The notes under the pieces were generated by a model. The model saw nothing but the letters and a program-made list of their open reading frames with translations, was not told the DNA's origin and made no database searches. From contig OY969474.1 in the NCBI GenBank assembly GCA_963700145.1, positions 2,432,001 to 2,496,000 of the forward strand: a stretch of 64,000 bases of DNA, read 5' to 3'. Below, in pieces: positions 45,471-55,633 of the stretch; positions within the stretch are counted from its first letter, which is position 1; each line of letters opens with the position of its first letter. This DNA comes from an uncultured Acidobacteriota bacterium (GTDB lineage: Bacteria > Acidobacteriota > Thermoanaerobaculia > Multivoradales > UBA5704). A program made the translations under genes and the position numbers.

Positions 45471-48212
45471 TCAGCGGGGTGGACGGTGGGCGGCTGTAAT
45501 GTCCAGCCCCACGTGATCGCGCAGCAGCTGGGCCAGGCGGCCGGGTTGGTGCCCGAACTGCCGCGTCAGCAGCTCCACCAGCTCCGGCACTCTCGACGTT
45601 CCGAGGCCTGCCGCGCTCAGCCACTCGCGGATGGCGTGTTGGTCCATAGGACCCAGGCGGAGGCGAGTGACCCGCTTGAACTCCCGATCGGCAAGCTGGG
45701 CAAACTGTAGGTCGCGGGCCGCGAGCACGACGGTGAAGCTTCCGGCGGCCCAGCTGCTACGGGTCAGAAGCGGCAGGAACAACGACCTCAGCCAGTCCAC
45801 CACCCCTGCCGGCGCTTCGTCCAAGCCGTCAAAGAATAGCACCGCTCCGTCTGCGCCTTCTGCTAGCTGGTGGACCAGCTCGAACGTCAAGAGATAGTCG
45901 TTTGCCTCGTTACTCTCTCGCAGATCGACATTGAGACCTACCGCAATTGCTCGCACGGCGTCGAAGACGTTCGTCCCTTCCAGACGCACCCAGCAATACG
46001 GCACTTCGCGGTCATCGCAGAGACGAGTGAAATGGCGCAGCAGGGTGGTCTTCCCAATACCTGCGTCTCCCTCGATCGCGAGCACCTGCAATCCTTTGCC
46101 ATCCAACATCTTCAAGAAGACACCAACCTCAGCTTCACGATCCAGAAAGATCTCTTCTGAGCGAAGCGACGGCGCCGAACGCGACATGAACTCATGAGGC
46201 GAATCGAAGCGGCCGATCTCGTAGTCCAGGCCCTCGTTCGCGGCGCCGGCGTCGACCGCAAAGTAGCCTTCGTGCCGGTCTCCCCACCGGTCCTCCATTT
46301 CGCTCATCCTGGCTGACGAGGCGAGGTGCGTGGCGACCAGGGCAGATGCATCGTTGCGATACAGACCGATGAGGACCTCGTCCTCGCGCAGCTCTCGCGT
46401 GAGGTCGTTGAACGTGCGACCGTGAAGCCGCCGACCGGTCTCCCGTATCCGCTCCGGCGGATTGAAGAAGTTCGATACGGCCCGAGTTCGTGGCGATGCG
46501 GGCTCGCTCAGCATGGGATCTTCGAAAACCCCCGCGCCGGCCAACAGTGGACGATCGACGTGCGACCAGAGCGCAATCGCCGCTCCCAACTTCAGGCCCC
46601 GCGGACCTGGACGGTAGACGCCCCCGTAGTGCACGCCCAAGACCTCGCCGGTCTCCAGGTCGACCACCGGCGCGCCGCCGGTCCCGCCTGTCGTGAAGCA
46701 GTTGTGAGTTAGCTGGTCGCCCTCTACCGGACCGCCGAAGCGTTCCGGCGCCAGGCCCTGCGCGGACATCGGGGTCGATTCAACGGCTACGATTTCCCCG
46801 AGGAGCAGACGGAGGATCCCCAACTCCCCTTCCATCACTCGCGCCAGGACGATCGGATCGATTCTGCTGTCCAACATCGGGTAGCCGAGGAGGTAGACCT
46901 TGCGACCCACCAAGTCCGCGGGTCGTCGTGTGGTGGCACGCAGCGGCCGGACCAGGCTTGTTGCTTGATCTCCTACCTCCAGCACGGCCACGCCACTGCC
47001 ATCAATGGCCGCGTTCGTGACCTCGAAGCGAGGCCTTCCGGCCTCTACTTCCATGAGTTCCTCGCTTTCAACACTTTCTGTGGGCCCCTCCGCCGGCCAC
47101 TGGTTATGTCCGACCGCGAGCTCTACGAAGACCCGGAGCTCGGGCTTCAGCTGCCACTTTCCCTCGTTATCCGCCACCAGGATGGGTCCCACGGTCGGCC
47201 AATGCGTCAGCACCACCGATCTTCCCACGAAGAAGCCAGGGCCGGACCATCGGGTCTTGCCCTCCCCCACGATCCTGAGCAGGCAAACGGCCTGGGCTGT
47301 GCTCGCGATCTGGGCTCGGTGCTGCTCGAGCACCCGCCATTCCGGCGGTGCTGGCCCGAAACTCCTCCCGCTCCACATCGGTAGTGCCGGCGTCATGCGG
47401 AGCCAGTACTCCTGGATCGCGCTGGCGAGCGCCGCCGTCTCGGGGTGATCCCCGGCGGCGGCCTCTAGCACGGCCGGTACTTGGTTGACGACCCAAGCCG
47501 TCTCCAGCACCCGTTGCCAGCGCGCTGCGGGCTGCCTCTCCGCCGCCAAGCCCGCCACGTCGACGCCGGCCTTCTTGGCGATTCGCCGCGTGGCAGCGGC
47601 GGTCGGGTAGAGGCTCACCAAGGCATCCCGCAGCTCGGCGAGCGCGGGTATCTGGTCCGCCAGAAACACCGTACTTGTCTCGGCTTCCTTGACCGCGGCG
47701 GCGCGGCCCGCGAGGTCCCGCCGCATGGCGACGAACCAGCGTTCGGCCATAGGCGCCGGCCCCTCGCCACGCTCGGTTCGAGCGAGCCAGCTCTCCGCCC
47801 GCTGTGGGTCGATGAAGCTCAGTGCCGTCAGCTGCTGGGCCTCGGCGAGACCTGGACGCTCCTGCCATGGCGCGCCGCGCTCGCCGTACTCCCAGAGCAA
47901 CCGAGCCACGTCCCGCACCCTGGCGAGGGTGTACTCCTTGACCAACCGTTGTAACAGCACGTCGCGAAGGTCGGGATCCATGACGTAGAGACCATCGTCG
48001 ACCTCGGAGCAGAGCGGCGAGAGGAGGAGCTGCGCCTCCGCGGTATAAGGGAGGACGACGGGCGGATCGAGGAAGTAGTTGATGCGCAGCAGATGCACCA
48101 GGTCCGGGTTCAGCACGACCGGCAGCGCGGCGTGGCAGGCGAGCATCACTAGCTCCTCTCCACGCTGGTGCGCGAAGACGTTCAGCCGAGCCTCGGCTTC
48201 TTCCCGGCTCAA
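45471..48212 (-). CDS. Ternary-system effector: vWA-partner N-domain + EAD1-like + degenerate trypsin + P-loop NTPase
   Basis: ACHAALP..L.PDL..LLLSPLC..V..GLY.MD; ELRDALVSLYP..RW..VL; HNCFTTGGTGGAPV; FLDRE..GDAGIGKT..FFDGLDE. Confidence 0.7.
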   Translation of the reverse strand: MSREEAEARLNVFAHQRGEELVMLACHAALPVVLNPDLVHLLRINYFLDPPVVLPYTAEAQLLLSPLCSEVDDGLYVMDPDLRDVLLQRLVKEYTLARVRDVARLLWEYGERGAPWQERPGLAEAQQLTALSFIDPQRAESWLARTERGEGPAPMAERWFVAMRRDLAGRAAAVKEAETSTVFLADQIPALAELRDALVSLYPTAAATRRIAKKAGVDVAGLAAERQPAARWQRVLETAWVVNQVPAVLEAAAGDHPETAALASAIQEYWLRMTPALPMWSGRSFGPAPPEWRVLEQHRAQIASTAQAVCLLRIVGEGKTRWSGPGFFVGRSVVLTHWPTVGPILVADNEGKWQLKPELRVFVELAVGHNQWPAEGPTESVESEELMEVEAGRPRFEVTNAAIDGSGVAVLEVGDQATSLVRPLRATTRRPADLVGRKVYLLGYPMLDSRIDPIVLARVMEGELGILRLLLGEIVAVESTPMSAQGLAPERFGGPVEGDQLTHNCFTTGGTGGAPVVDLETGEVLGVHYGGVYRPGPRGLKLGAAIALWSHVDRPLLAGAGVFEDPMLSEPASPRTRAVSNFFNPPERIRETGRRLHGRTFNDLTRELREDEVLIGLYRNDASALVATHLASSARMSEMEDRWGDRHEGYFAVDAGAANEGLDYEIGRFDSPHEFMSRSAPSLRSEEIFLDREAEVGVFLKMLDGKGLQVLAIEGDAGIGKTTLLRHFTRLCDDREVPYCWVRLEGTNVFDAVRAIAVGLNVDLRESNEANDYLLTFELVHQLAEGADGAVLFFDGLDEAPAGVVDWLRSLFLPLLTRSSWAAGSFTVVLAARDLQFAQLADREFKRVTRLRLGPMDQHAIREWLSAAGLGTSRVPELVELLTRQFGHQPGRLAQLLRDHVGLDITAAHRPPR

Positions 48213-48231
48213 TACGCCTCCAGCCGTGTCC

Positions 48232-49458
48232 TCAGGCGTTCGCCGCAGTCAACGGCACCGCCGCCGGCAGTGCTTTCTCCACCGGGAACGGTTGTCCCCG
48301 CAGCACGTTCACCGCGCGGTGCATGCCATCGCGTTCCATGGAGAACATCGGCAGGTGCCGGGCCAGCTGGGCAGCCGTGGTCCCCTTCCAGGCCGCCGCC
48401 GGGAGCGGATTCAGCCACACGATCCGGCTGGTGAACGCCCGCAGGCCCTTGAGAAACGCCACTGTATCGAGCAGCCGCAGCAGGTCGTAGCGGCCGCGGG
48501 CGGCGCCGCCGTCGCTGAGGATGACCACCGCTGCGCCCTCGGCATGGCTTGCGAGGACGGCCGCAATCGGCTGCGGGCTGAGCAGCTCCTGGTCCTCGAA
48601 CAGCTCGCCGCGGCCGAGGACCGGCACCTCCGCCAGCACGGGATCGAGGCTGGGGAACAGTGTGCCACTCAACCTTTCCAGCAGCGCGGGGTCGGTTCCC
48701 TCCAGGGGAGCATCGTGGAAGTAATAGAGGCCTACCTGGCGCAACCTGCCAGCCTGGGCAATCGATCGGCAGACCATGTCGACGTAAGAGTGGAATGGCG
48801 CCATCGAGCCCTGCCTGTCCACCAGCATGAGCAGCTCCGCGCGGTTGCGCCGCCGCGGCCGCAGCATCGGCGGCGATGCCACTCCCTGGCGCGACCGCTG
48901 CTGCACGGTTGCCGCGACGTCGAGCTCGGTCGCCGGCCCCTCCCGTATGGGCCAGCGCAGTCGCCGCCAGGCCTGCGCCACGGTCCGGTAGTCGACGGGA
49001 TACTGCGGCAGGAAGGTATGCGCGAAAGGCAGCGCCGGCCGCTCGCCCAAGGTCATGGGCGGTAACCGCCCGGCGGTGGCGGTCGCCGGTGTTGCCGCCG
49101 TTTCGACCTCCTCTGGCTGCACCGGAGGAACGTTGCCGACTTCTAGCGGTATGACTTGCTCGTCGGCGTCCGGGCCCGGCGCCGCATCATCGAACTGCGC
49201 GGTTTGCAAACCGAAGCTCCAGTCGGAGACCACGTGCTGATCGAAGAGGGCCGCCGCCACCGCCCGCTCGTCTAGTGACTTGGCCCACAGCGCGCAGCAA
49301 ACCTCGCGCAGCTCGCGCCGCGACGACCAACCGAACCCGGCCCGCAAGGCGTCGCGCAGCGCTTCGTATTCCTCCGGGCCCAGCGGGAAGCCACGCCGCA
49401 CGAGCTGTTGGAACAAGGTCCAGACGAAGACCTCCGGCCCCTCTTCCGGGTCGCTCAC
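48232..49458 (-). CDS. vWA domain protein of a MoxR ternary system
   Basis: LDVAATV, LVDRQGSMAPFH, YYFHD, ILSDGGAARG, WLNPLP..W..T.A. Confidence 0.82.
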   Translation of the reverse strand: MSDPEEGPEVFVWTLFQQLVRRGFPLGPEEYEALRDALRAGFGWSSRRELREVCCALWAKSLDERAVAAALFDQHVVSDWSFGLQTAQFDDAAPGPDADEQVIPLEVGNVPPVQPEEVETAATPATATAGRLPPMTLGERPALPFAHTFLPQYPVDYRTVAQAWRRLRWPIREGPATELDVAATVQQRSRQGVASPPMLRPRRRNRAELLMLVDRQGSMAPFHSYVDMVCRSIAQAGRLRQVGLYYFHDAPLEGTDPALLERLSGTLFPSLDPVLAEVPVLGRGELFEDQELLSPQPIAAVLASHAEGAAVVILSDGGAARGRYDLLRLLDTVAFLKGLRAFTSRIVWLNPLPAAAWKGTTAAQLARHLPMFSMERDGMHRAVNVLRGQPFPVEKALPAAVPLTAANA

Positions 49459-50465
49459 TCGAGCGCTCTCTCCCGGCGCGCCCGCTCCTGGTCGGCCCGG
49501 TCCTTCAGCACGGCCGCTGTCTCCCGGCGCGCCCGCTCCTGGTCGGCCCGGTCCTTTAGCACGGCCTCGAGGTTGGGCAGCTCTTCGAGCTGCTCGGGCT
49601 TGGTCCCCTTTGCCTGCTCATGGGACACCCAGTCGATCAGCTCGGTTAGGCCTGGCTTCTTGCTCAGGTCCTTCTCGCGCAGCTGGCGGATGAGCTCTAC
49701 CGCCTTCTTCGAGAGCGCCTCTTTGGTGACACCATGCAAGCGGAGGATGCGCTCGAGCTCCTGGCGGCTCCGCGGGAACTCTACGTAGTGGTATACGCAG
49801 CGTCGCAGGAACGCCGGCGGCAGCGGCTTCTCCTCGTTGTGGGTAATGATCACGATGGGGCGCAGGTCGCCGGCGCGGTGGCCCAGCCCAGGAGCCTCGG
49901 GCACCTCGAACTCCATGCGGTCGAGCTCCCAGAGCAGATCGTTGGGGAAGTCGAGGTCGGCCTTGTCGATCTCGTCGATGAGCACTACCGAGCGACGGCC
50001 GTGCTCGGCGCGGGCGATGGCCCGTCCGAGCGGGCCGAGGGTCACGTAGTTGGCAGGCAGGCGCGCCAGCGGCTCCCCGTTCTCACTCTTGGGGCCCTCG
50101 AGCCCCAACTGTCAGTCGTAGAGCCGCCGCACCGCGTCGTAGGAATACAGCAGGTCCTGCGCGCGGCTGGTGGACTTGACGTAGGCCACCTCGAGCGGCA
50201 TCCCGAAGGCGTAGGCCACGGAGTGGGCCAGCCGCGTCTTGCCGCAGCCCGGCTCACCTTGCAGCAGCAGCGGTCTGCCCAGCGCGATGCCGAGGTCCAC
50301 CACCCGAGCCAAGTCCGCGCTCGGCTCATACACCTCGGGGAAGGCCACTCGGCTGGGCCAGTTGGCCGACAGCACCGGTCCAACGCCCGTGGCCTCGATA
50401 TTCCGCTGCGGCGGCACCTTCTTGACCGCCTCTGCATAACTCAACGACAGATCGATGGACCGCAT
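49455..50465 (-). pseudogene. MoxR-family AAA+ ATPase with an in-frame TGA at 50112-50114
   Basis: GRPLLLQGEPGCGKT..YDAVRRLYD*QLG..VLIDEIDKAD.DFPNDLL..LPPAFLRRC, all in one frame. Confidence 0.85.
49470..49566. repeat. 51-bp tandem duplication at the MoxR C-terminus
   Basis: AVLKDRADQERARRE occurs twice. Confidence 0.85.
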
Positions 50466-50467
50466 CG

Positions 50468-51499
50468 TCACCCTCCAGCAAGGTCGAGCTCGTCCAGAGC
50501 CTGCCCCAGCGCGTCCTGGGTACGGTTCGAGGTCAACAGGTCTCGGTGATACTCCAGCCGCTCGTAAAGCTCGTCGACTGGCAAGTCGTCCTCTGCATAG
50601 CCAGTGACGATCATCGCCGCCCAGCGCTGGATGATGGCTTCCTGCCAGTCGAGCTGGCGCGCGATGTCGGTCACCCAGTGGGCGACGTCGATCCGGGTGA
50701 AGGCGGGCGCCGGCAACTGCGTCATGCCCGTCGGCGCCCTTGTCGCGTCCGGCATGCCGAAGATCACCACCAGGTGCCGCGGTGGTGCGTTGGCGAACCC
50801 GGCGGCGATGCCCTGCCAGAGGGCAGCGGCATCCTCCTCTTGCGCTACGTGGGCCGCCCAGATCACGTGCTTTCTCACCAGCAGGTCCCGCACCTTGAGC
50901 GCCTTCTCTGCGGCTAGCGCCGCCGTGGTGTGGAGCGGGTCGACCTCCAGGGGCGGCCGGTTGGGAGCCACCTCGTCGCGGCCCCACGTCCGTAGGTCCG
51001 CGCCTCGGTACCTCACCCGCCTCTCACAAAGGTAGCGCAGCAGCCGTGCGGTCCGGCTCGGCACCACGAACCCGCTCACCGCCGGCTGCACCGGCAACAT
51101 GCTGATGCACATCAGCACCGGGCGGCGGAGATCGAAGAGATGGAGCTGTGCCACCTCCGCGGGGTGGACACGTCTCGGGGTGATGCCGCTCTGCGCGTCC
51201 TCGAGGGCACGGCGAATGGTCAGCAGCTCTCCTTGCAGCTCGGTTCCCCGCACGGTGGGCACTGCGTTCTCGATCAGCTGCAGCAGCCGCCACTCCCCCC
51301 CAGGGCCGAAACTCTCCTCCAGCTGCGCCACCAGGATCATCAGGTCGCCGCGGGCGTTCTGCTCGTTGCGGCTGAAGTAGGCGGCCTGGGGAATGCCGAT
51401 GCAGAGCGCCGTGCGGCCCGACCCCTCCCCTTCGATTCCAACCAACGGCACCCGCATCAGCGCTTCGATCAGGCTGAGACGCAGGTCGTCTGGGATCAT
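50468..51499 (-). CDS. EAD-like N-domain + putative inactive STAND (iSTAND) third component
   Basis: N-terminus similar to that of 51519..52634; directly upstream of MoxR-vWA; no Walker A; C-terminal LP..F.R.DV..W. Confidence 0.55.
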   Translation of the reverse strand: MIPDDLRLSLIEALMRVPLVGIEGEGSGRTALCIGIPQAAYFSRNEQNARGDLMILVAQLEESFGPGGEWRLLQLIENAVPTVRGTELQGELLTIRRALEDAQSGITPRRVHPAEVAQLHLFDLRRPVLMCISMLPVQPAVSGFVVPSRTARLLRYLCERRVRYRGADLRTWGRDEVAPNRPPLEVDPLHTTAALAAEKALKVRDLLVRKHVIWAAHVAQEEDAAALWQGIAAGFANAPPRHLVVIFGMPDATRAPTGMTQLPAPAFTRIDVAHWVTDIARQLDWQEAIIQRWAAMIVTGYAEDDLPVDELYERLEYHRDLLTSNRTQDALGQALDELDLAGG

Positions 51500-51518
51500 G
51501 CAGGAAACCGAAACGCTC

Positions 51519-52634
51519 TCACGCCCAACCCTGCGCCCGGGCGATCTCTTCGCGGGCCACTGCCGGCAGGTGGTCGAGGATGTCCTGCATGGCGATCCCC
51601 TCGTTGTGGTACTTCACGACGCCGCTCATGCCCGCCTCGCCCTTGTAGAGCTCCGGCCTCACTTCCTTGAAGCCGTGGTGGAGGGCGACGACCTGCCAGC
51701 TGTCGTCGAGCACCGGCGATCCCGACGAGCCGAGCTCGGTGTCGGTCAGGTAGCGCAGCTGGTATGTCTGGTCGCCGGTGCCGACGTAAAAGTTGTTGCG
51801 GATGGCGAAGCTGAGCGCGCCGCCGCGGGGGCACTGCACGATGTTGAGCCGCGTCCCCACGGAGAGGCTGGTCCGGCCGCGTGAAAGTGGAAGATGTCGC
51901 CGTGGCGCCAGCGTGGGATCGTCTTGCAGCCGCAGCAATGCATAGTCGAGCGTCCTGTCGCTGGCCAGCACCGCCGCCGCCTGGACGTCGACGTGGTCGT
52001 GGCCCTCGCGGTAGTAGTCGAACCAGGCGGCGGTGCTCTCCCCTTGCAGCCGGAAATCGGCGGCGTTTGCCGGCGGCTCGTTGCGGTCCCGCGCCTCGAC
52101 GACGTGATGATTGGTGAGCAGCAGCCGCGGCGCCACCAGCCAGCCGGTGCCGAAGCCGGCGCCGCGCGCCCTGCGCCCATCGACGTAACGCGGTACCAGC
52201 AAGCGCGCCACTCGGCGGCCGGTCTCTTGCGCCTGCTCGATGAAGCTCACGGTCACCCATTCGCCCGTGCCGCCGAAGATGAGCCGCTCCGGCTCGGCGG
52301 GAAGCTCGGGCAGCGGCTGCTCGCCGCCATAGGCCGCTTCGGCTTGCTGTTGGATCTCGGCGAGCTGGCGGCCGAGGTCGGTCCCCCTGGTGATCCGCCA
52401 CGCGTTGTGGACGACGATCACCACCGGACGCTCGCCGTTGTCCAGCCTACCCAGGCCGTCCAGTTGGCCGATCAGATTGGTCAGGTCGACGAACTGATTG
52501 TCGGTGCGATTGAGCGCGCCGCGCACGTTAGCGGGAACACCGTCCAGCAGGGCGCTGCGGCCGGCACGTTCGTCGGTGCCGGGCACATCCATCAGGACGT
52601 CGACCAATCGAGCCTTGAGGAACCTGTCGAGCAT
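51519..52634 (-). CDS. EAD-like domain + trypsin-like serine protease
   Basis: GTGWLV..LLTNHHV, LDYALL, YLTDTELGSSGSPVLD..VVALHH. Confidence 0.85.
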   Translation of the reverse strand: MLDRFLKARLVDVLMDVPGTDERAGRSALLDGVPANVRGALNRTDNQFVDLTNLIGQLDGLGRLDNGERPVVIVVHNAWRITRGTDLGRQLAEIQQQAEAAYGGEQPLPELPAEPERLIFGGTGEWVTVSFIEQAQETGRRVARLLVPRYVDGRRARGAGFGTGWLVAPRLLLTNHHVVEARDRNEPPANAADFRLQGESTAAWFDYYREGHDHVDVQAAAVLASDRTLDYALLRLQDDPTLAPRRHLPLSRGRTSLSVGTRLNIVQCPRGGALSFAIRNNFYVGTGDQTYQLRYLTDTELGSSGSPVLDDSWQVVALHHGFKEVRPELYKGEAGMSGVVKYHNEGIAMQDILDHLPAVAREEIARAQGWA

Positions 52635-53360
52635 TCGCTAAGGGCGCGCCCAGGGGTGCGGCAATTAAGATCTCTGCAGGCGTGAACAACTCGAATTCTA
52701 CCCCAAGCACAAGTCTATAGGCCCCGCTGCCCTTCGGCGATCTCGAGGAGCGGCCGGGCTCGGCGTGGTCGTAGAGTGGAAATAGCCGCAAAAGCCTGAC
52801 TTCAGGAGCGGATCCCTCCGAACGGCCCCGCCACCATCGGCGTCGCCAGCAGGAAGACGGCCGCGAACGCTCCCTTGAGGAGGCGCGACGGTCGCCGCCG
52901 AAAGTAGGCGGGCGTGAACTCGACGGCGCCGATGCAGCTGGCCGTCAGCAAGCCGTCCACCCACGTGTGCTCCAGGTCGATGCGCCGGCGCTGCGAGTCG
53001 GCCGCCCAGTAGCCGCGCACCGCGTCCTCGTCGAGCCAGTCCGCAGGCGCGCGTCCGCCGATAGCTCGGCGAGCCCCTCGAAGTGCGGGATCGCCAGTAT
53101 CAACGCCCGGCCGCGCATCGCCTGCGGCAGCGGCACCGTCGCGCGCAGCCGATAGACGCACGGCGCCGCCGGCAGGCGGTCGTGGAAGTGCGACGGGATG
53201 GCGACGGCGGAGGTCCGGCGGTCGGGCGCGACCAGCACCCAGCTCCGGACGGCGGCTGATCGAGGGTGAGCCCAGGAGGAGCGCAGGGATCACTGTCACG
53301 GGAAGGCGCCAATCTACGGCAACTCAAGCCGTCGATATGATGCGGCCGTCCGCGAACTCC

Positions 53361-55243
53361 ATGAAGGCCGTCGTTTACAGCCGCTACGACCGCCTCGTCC
53401 GTCGCGCCCGGGCCTTCGTCCTCGCGTGCGCCGCCGTCATCGCCGGTGCCGTGGCCGCGCCGGTCGGCGCGGAGGTGGCGCCGGCCGCCGAGGTTCGCGG
53501 CACCGTCATCGGGCCCGGGGGCGAGCCGGCGGCGGGGGCGGTGGTCGCCGTCGTCGCCACGCGGCGCAGCGAGCCGTCGGCGGTGGTGGTGGCCGGCGCC
53601 GACGGGGCGTTCGCGGCGACGGTCCCCGCCGGCACCTACGCCCTGACCGCCACCCATCCGCAGTGGACGGCCGCCTGGTCGCCGCCGGCGGAGGCGAGCG
53701 GCAAGGTGGTTCGCGACCTGCGCCTCCTCGCGCCGGCCGAGGGAGTCCTCCTCGAAGGCGACGTCCGCGACTCGACGGGGGCCGCCCTCGCCGGCGCGGA
53801 GGTGCACTGCATGCGCACGATCTCCCAGGGCGACCTCTTCGTCGGCCGCGCCGACGGCGCCGGGCGCTACGCGCTGCGCCTGCCGTCCTCGCCCTACTAC
53901 GGCTGTCACGCGGCAGCCGACGGGCTGCGCTCGCCGCTCGTCGAGATCGACGTCGACGTCGCCGCCGGCGCGGTCCGGCGGGACCTGCTGATCCGCCGGC
54001 CGGCGCCCGCGCCGCAGGCGGTGGTCGACTGGATCCGCGAGCAGGCGATCCCGCTGCTGACGACGCGCGCCGGGCACGCTTCGCCGACCGGGCGCACCTG
54101 CGCGAGGTCGTCGGCGACGCCCGGGTGGTGGCCCTCGGCGAGGCCACGCACGGCACGCGCGAGTTCTTCCACCTCAAGCACCGCCTCTTCGAGTACCTCG
54201 TCTCCGAGCTCGGCTTCAGCGTCTTCGCCATCGAGGCGAGCTGGCCCGAGTCCGAGGCGGTGGACGAGTACGTGCGGACGGGCCGGGGGGGACCCCGCCG
54301 AGGCGCTCGCCGGGCTGTACATCTGGCCCTGGAACACCGAGGAGGTGCTCGACCTCATCCGCTGGATGCGGCAATGGAACGCCGTGCCGGGGCACCGGCA
54401 GGTACGCTTCTACGGCTTCGACGTGAAGGCCGCCGCGGTGTCGGCCGAGCGCCTGGCGGCGCGGCTGCAGGAGATCGACCCGGCGCTCGCGGCGGAGGTG
54501 GGGCCCGCCCTCGTCCGGCTCGCCGCGGCCGAGCGCGCCTCGCCCGAGCTCGCCGACGCCGACGAGGCGGAGTACCAGGCCGCCGTGGCCGGCGTCGCCG
54601 CGGTGCTGCCGCGGATCGCCGCGCGGCTGCCGCCGGCGTCCGCCGCCGACCGGCGGGCGATCGTCGACCGGCACTACGTGCAGGCGCTCGAGCAGTACAC
54701 GCGGCTGCGCGGCCCCGGGGCGGCGGGCCGGTGCGCGACCGCGGCATGGCCGACAACGTCCGCTGGATCGCCTACGTCGCCGAGCCCGGGTCCCGCATCG
54801 TCGTCTGGGCGCACAACTTTCACGTCAACGTCTACGAGGAGGGCTCGCTGCCCTGGATGGGCCACCACCTCGAGGCGGCGCTGGGCAAGGACTACCTGCC
54901 GGTGGGGTTCCTCTTCCACCACGGCTCGTTCCAGGCGATGGATCGCACCGGCGGCCCCCGCGGGCTCAAGGAGTTCACGGTCGGTCCGCCCGCGGCGGGC
55001 ACGCTCGAGGACACCTTCGAGCGCGCCGGCTGGCCGCTCTGCCTCCTCGACCTGCGCCGCCTGCCGGCGGAGGGCCCGGTCGCCGAGTGGCTCCGCGCCC
55101 CTCAGCTGACGCGCGCGGTCGGCTCCTCCTTCAGCGGCGAGGCCGACATGGCGATGGAGCTGGCGCTGCCCGAGGTGTACGAGGCGGTGGTCTACGTCGA
55201 GGCGACGACGCGCGCCCGGCCGAACCCGCCGGTGCAGCCGTAG
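53361..55243 (+). pseudogene. Exported erythromycin esterase family protein with carboxypeptidase-regulatory-like domains, 3 frameshifts (about 54077, 54290, 54725)
   Basis: VALGEATHGTREF, FAIEASWPE, RDRGMADNV, VWAHNFHV spread over two frames; indels at G-runs may be assembly errors. Confidence 0.8.
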
Positions 55244-55333
55244 GACGGGGCGGAACTCACGTAGCGCGGCTCCGGGGGGTTCCCGGAGAGGCTGGAGACG
55301 CGGTCGGAACGCTGGCGGATAAGGGAGCGCGAC

Positions 55334-55560
55334 ATCCGGATACATCCGCGAGCCGCCCGGATACATCCGCGGCGCGTCCGGATAGATCCGCGGGCCGTCC
55401 GGATACATCCGCCGCGCTTCCGGACATATCCGCGCCACTTCCGGATAGATCCGCGAGCCGTCCGGATACATCCGCGGCGCGTCCGGATATGTCCCCGCGC
55501 TTCCGGATACATCCGCCGCGCTTCCGGATACATCCCCAGCCTTCCGGGCACATCTCCAGG
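55334..55560. repeat. 21-bp-period array, 11 units, core TCCGGATACATCCG
   Basis: CGGAT-NN-ATCCG palindromic cores separated by 6-7 nt GC-rich spacers. Confidence 0.9.
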
Positions 55561-55633
55561 CCTCTGGGGAGACGTCCGGAGGCCCTCCGGCGACCTCCAG
55601 AGAGGACGCGGAGAGGTCCTCCGCCGCCGTGAG

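Noticed and set aside
50112-50114. Selenocysteine codon in MoxR
   Set aside because: Not a Cys/redox position in MoxR ATPases, and I could not identify a convincing SECIS hairpin
52700-53300. Short minus-strand ORFs at the island's right end
   Set aside because: They look like frameshifted debris of a membrane/sensor gene; no family could be supported
43393-54075. Prophage, IS or composite transposon
   Set aside because: No integrase, transposase, terminal inverted repeats or phage genes; the flanks are host-gene sequence
53361-55243. Macrolide resistance gene (ere)
   Set aside because: Family membership only; it is an exported multidomain homologue, and most such proteins are not shown to confer resistance
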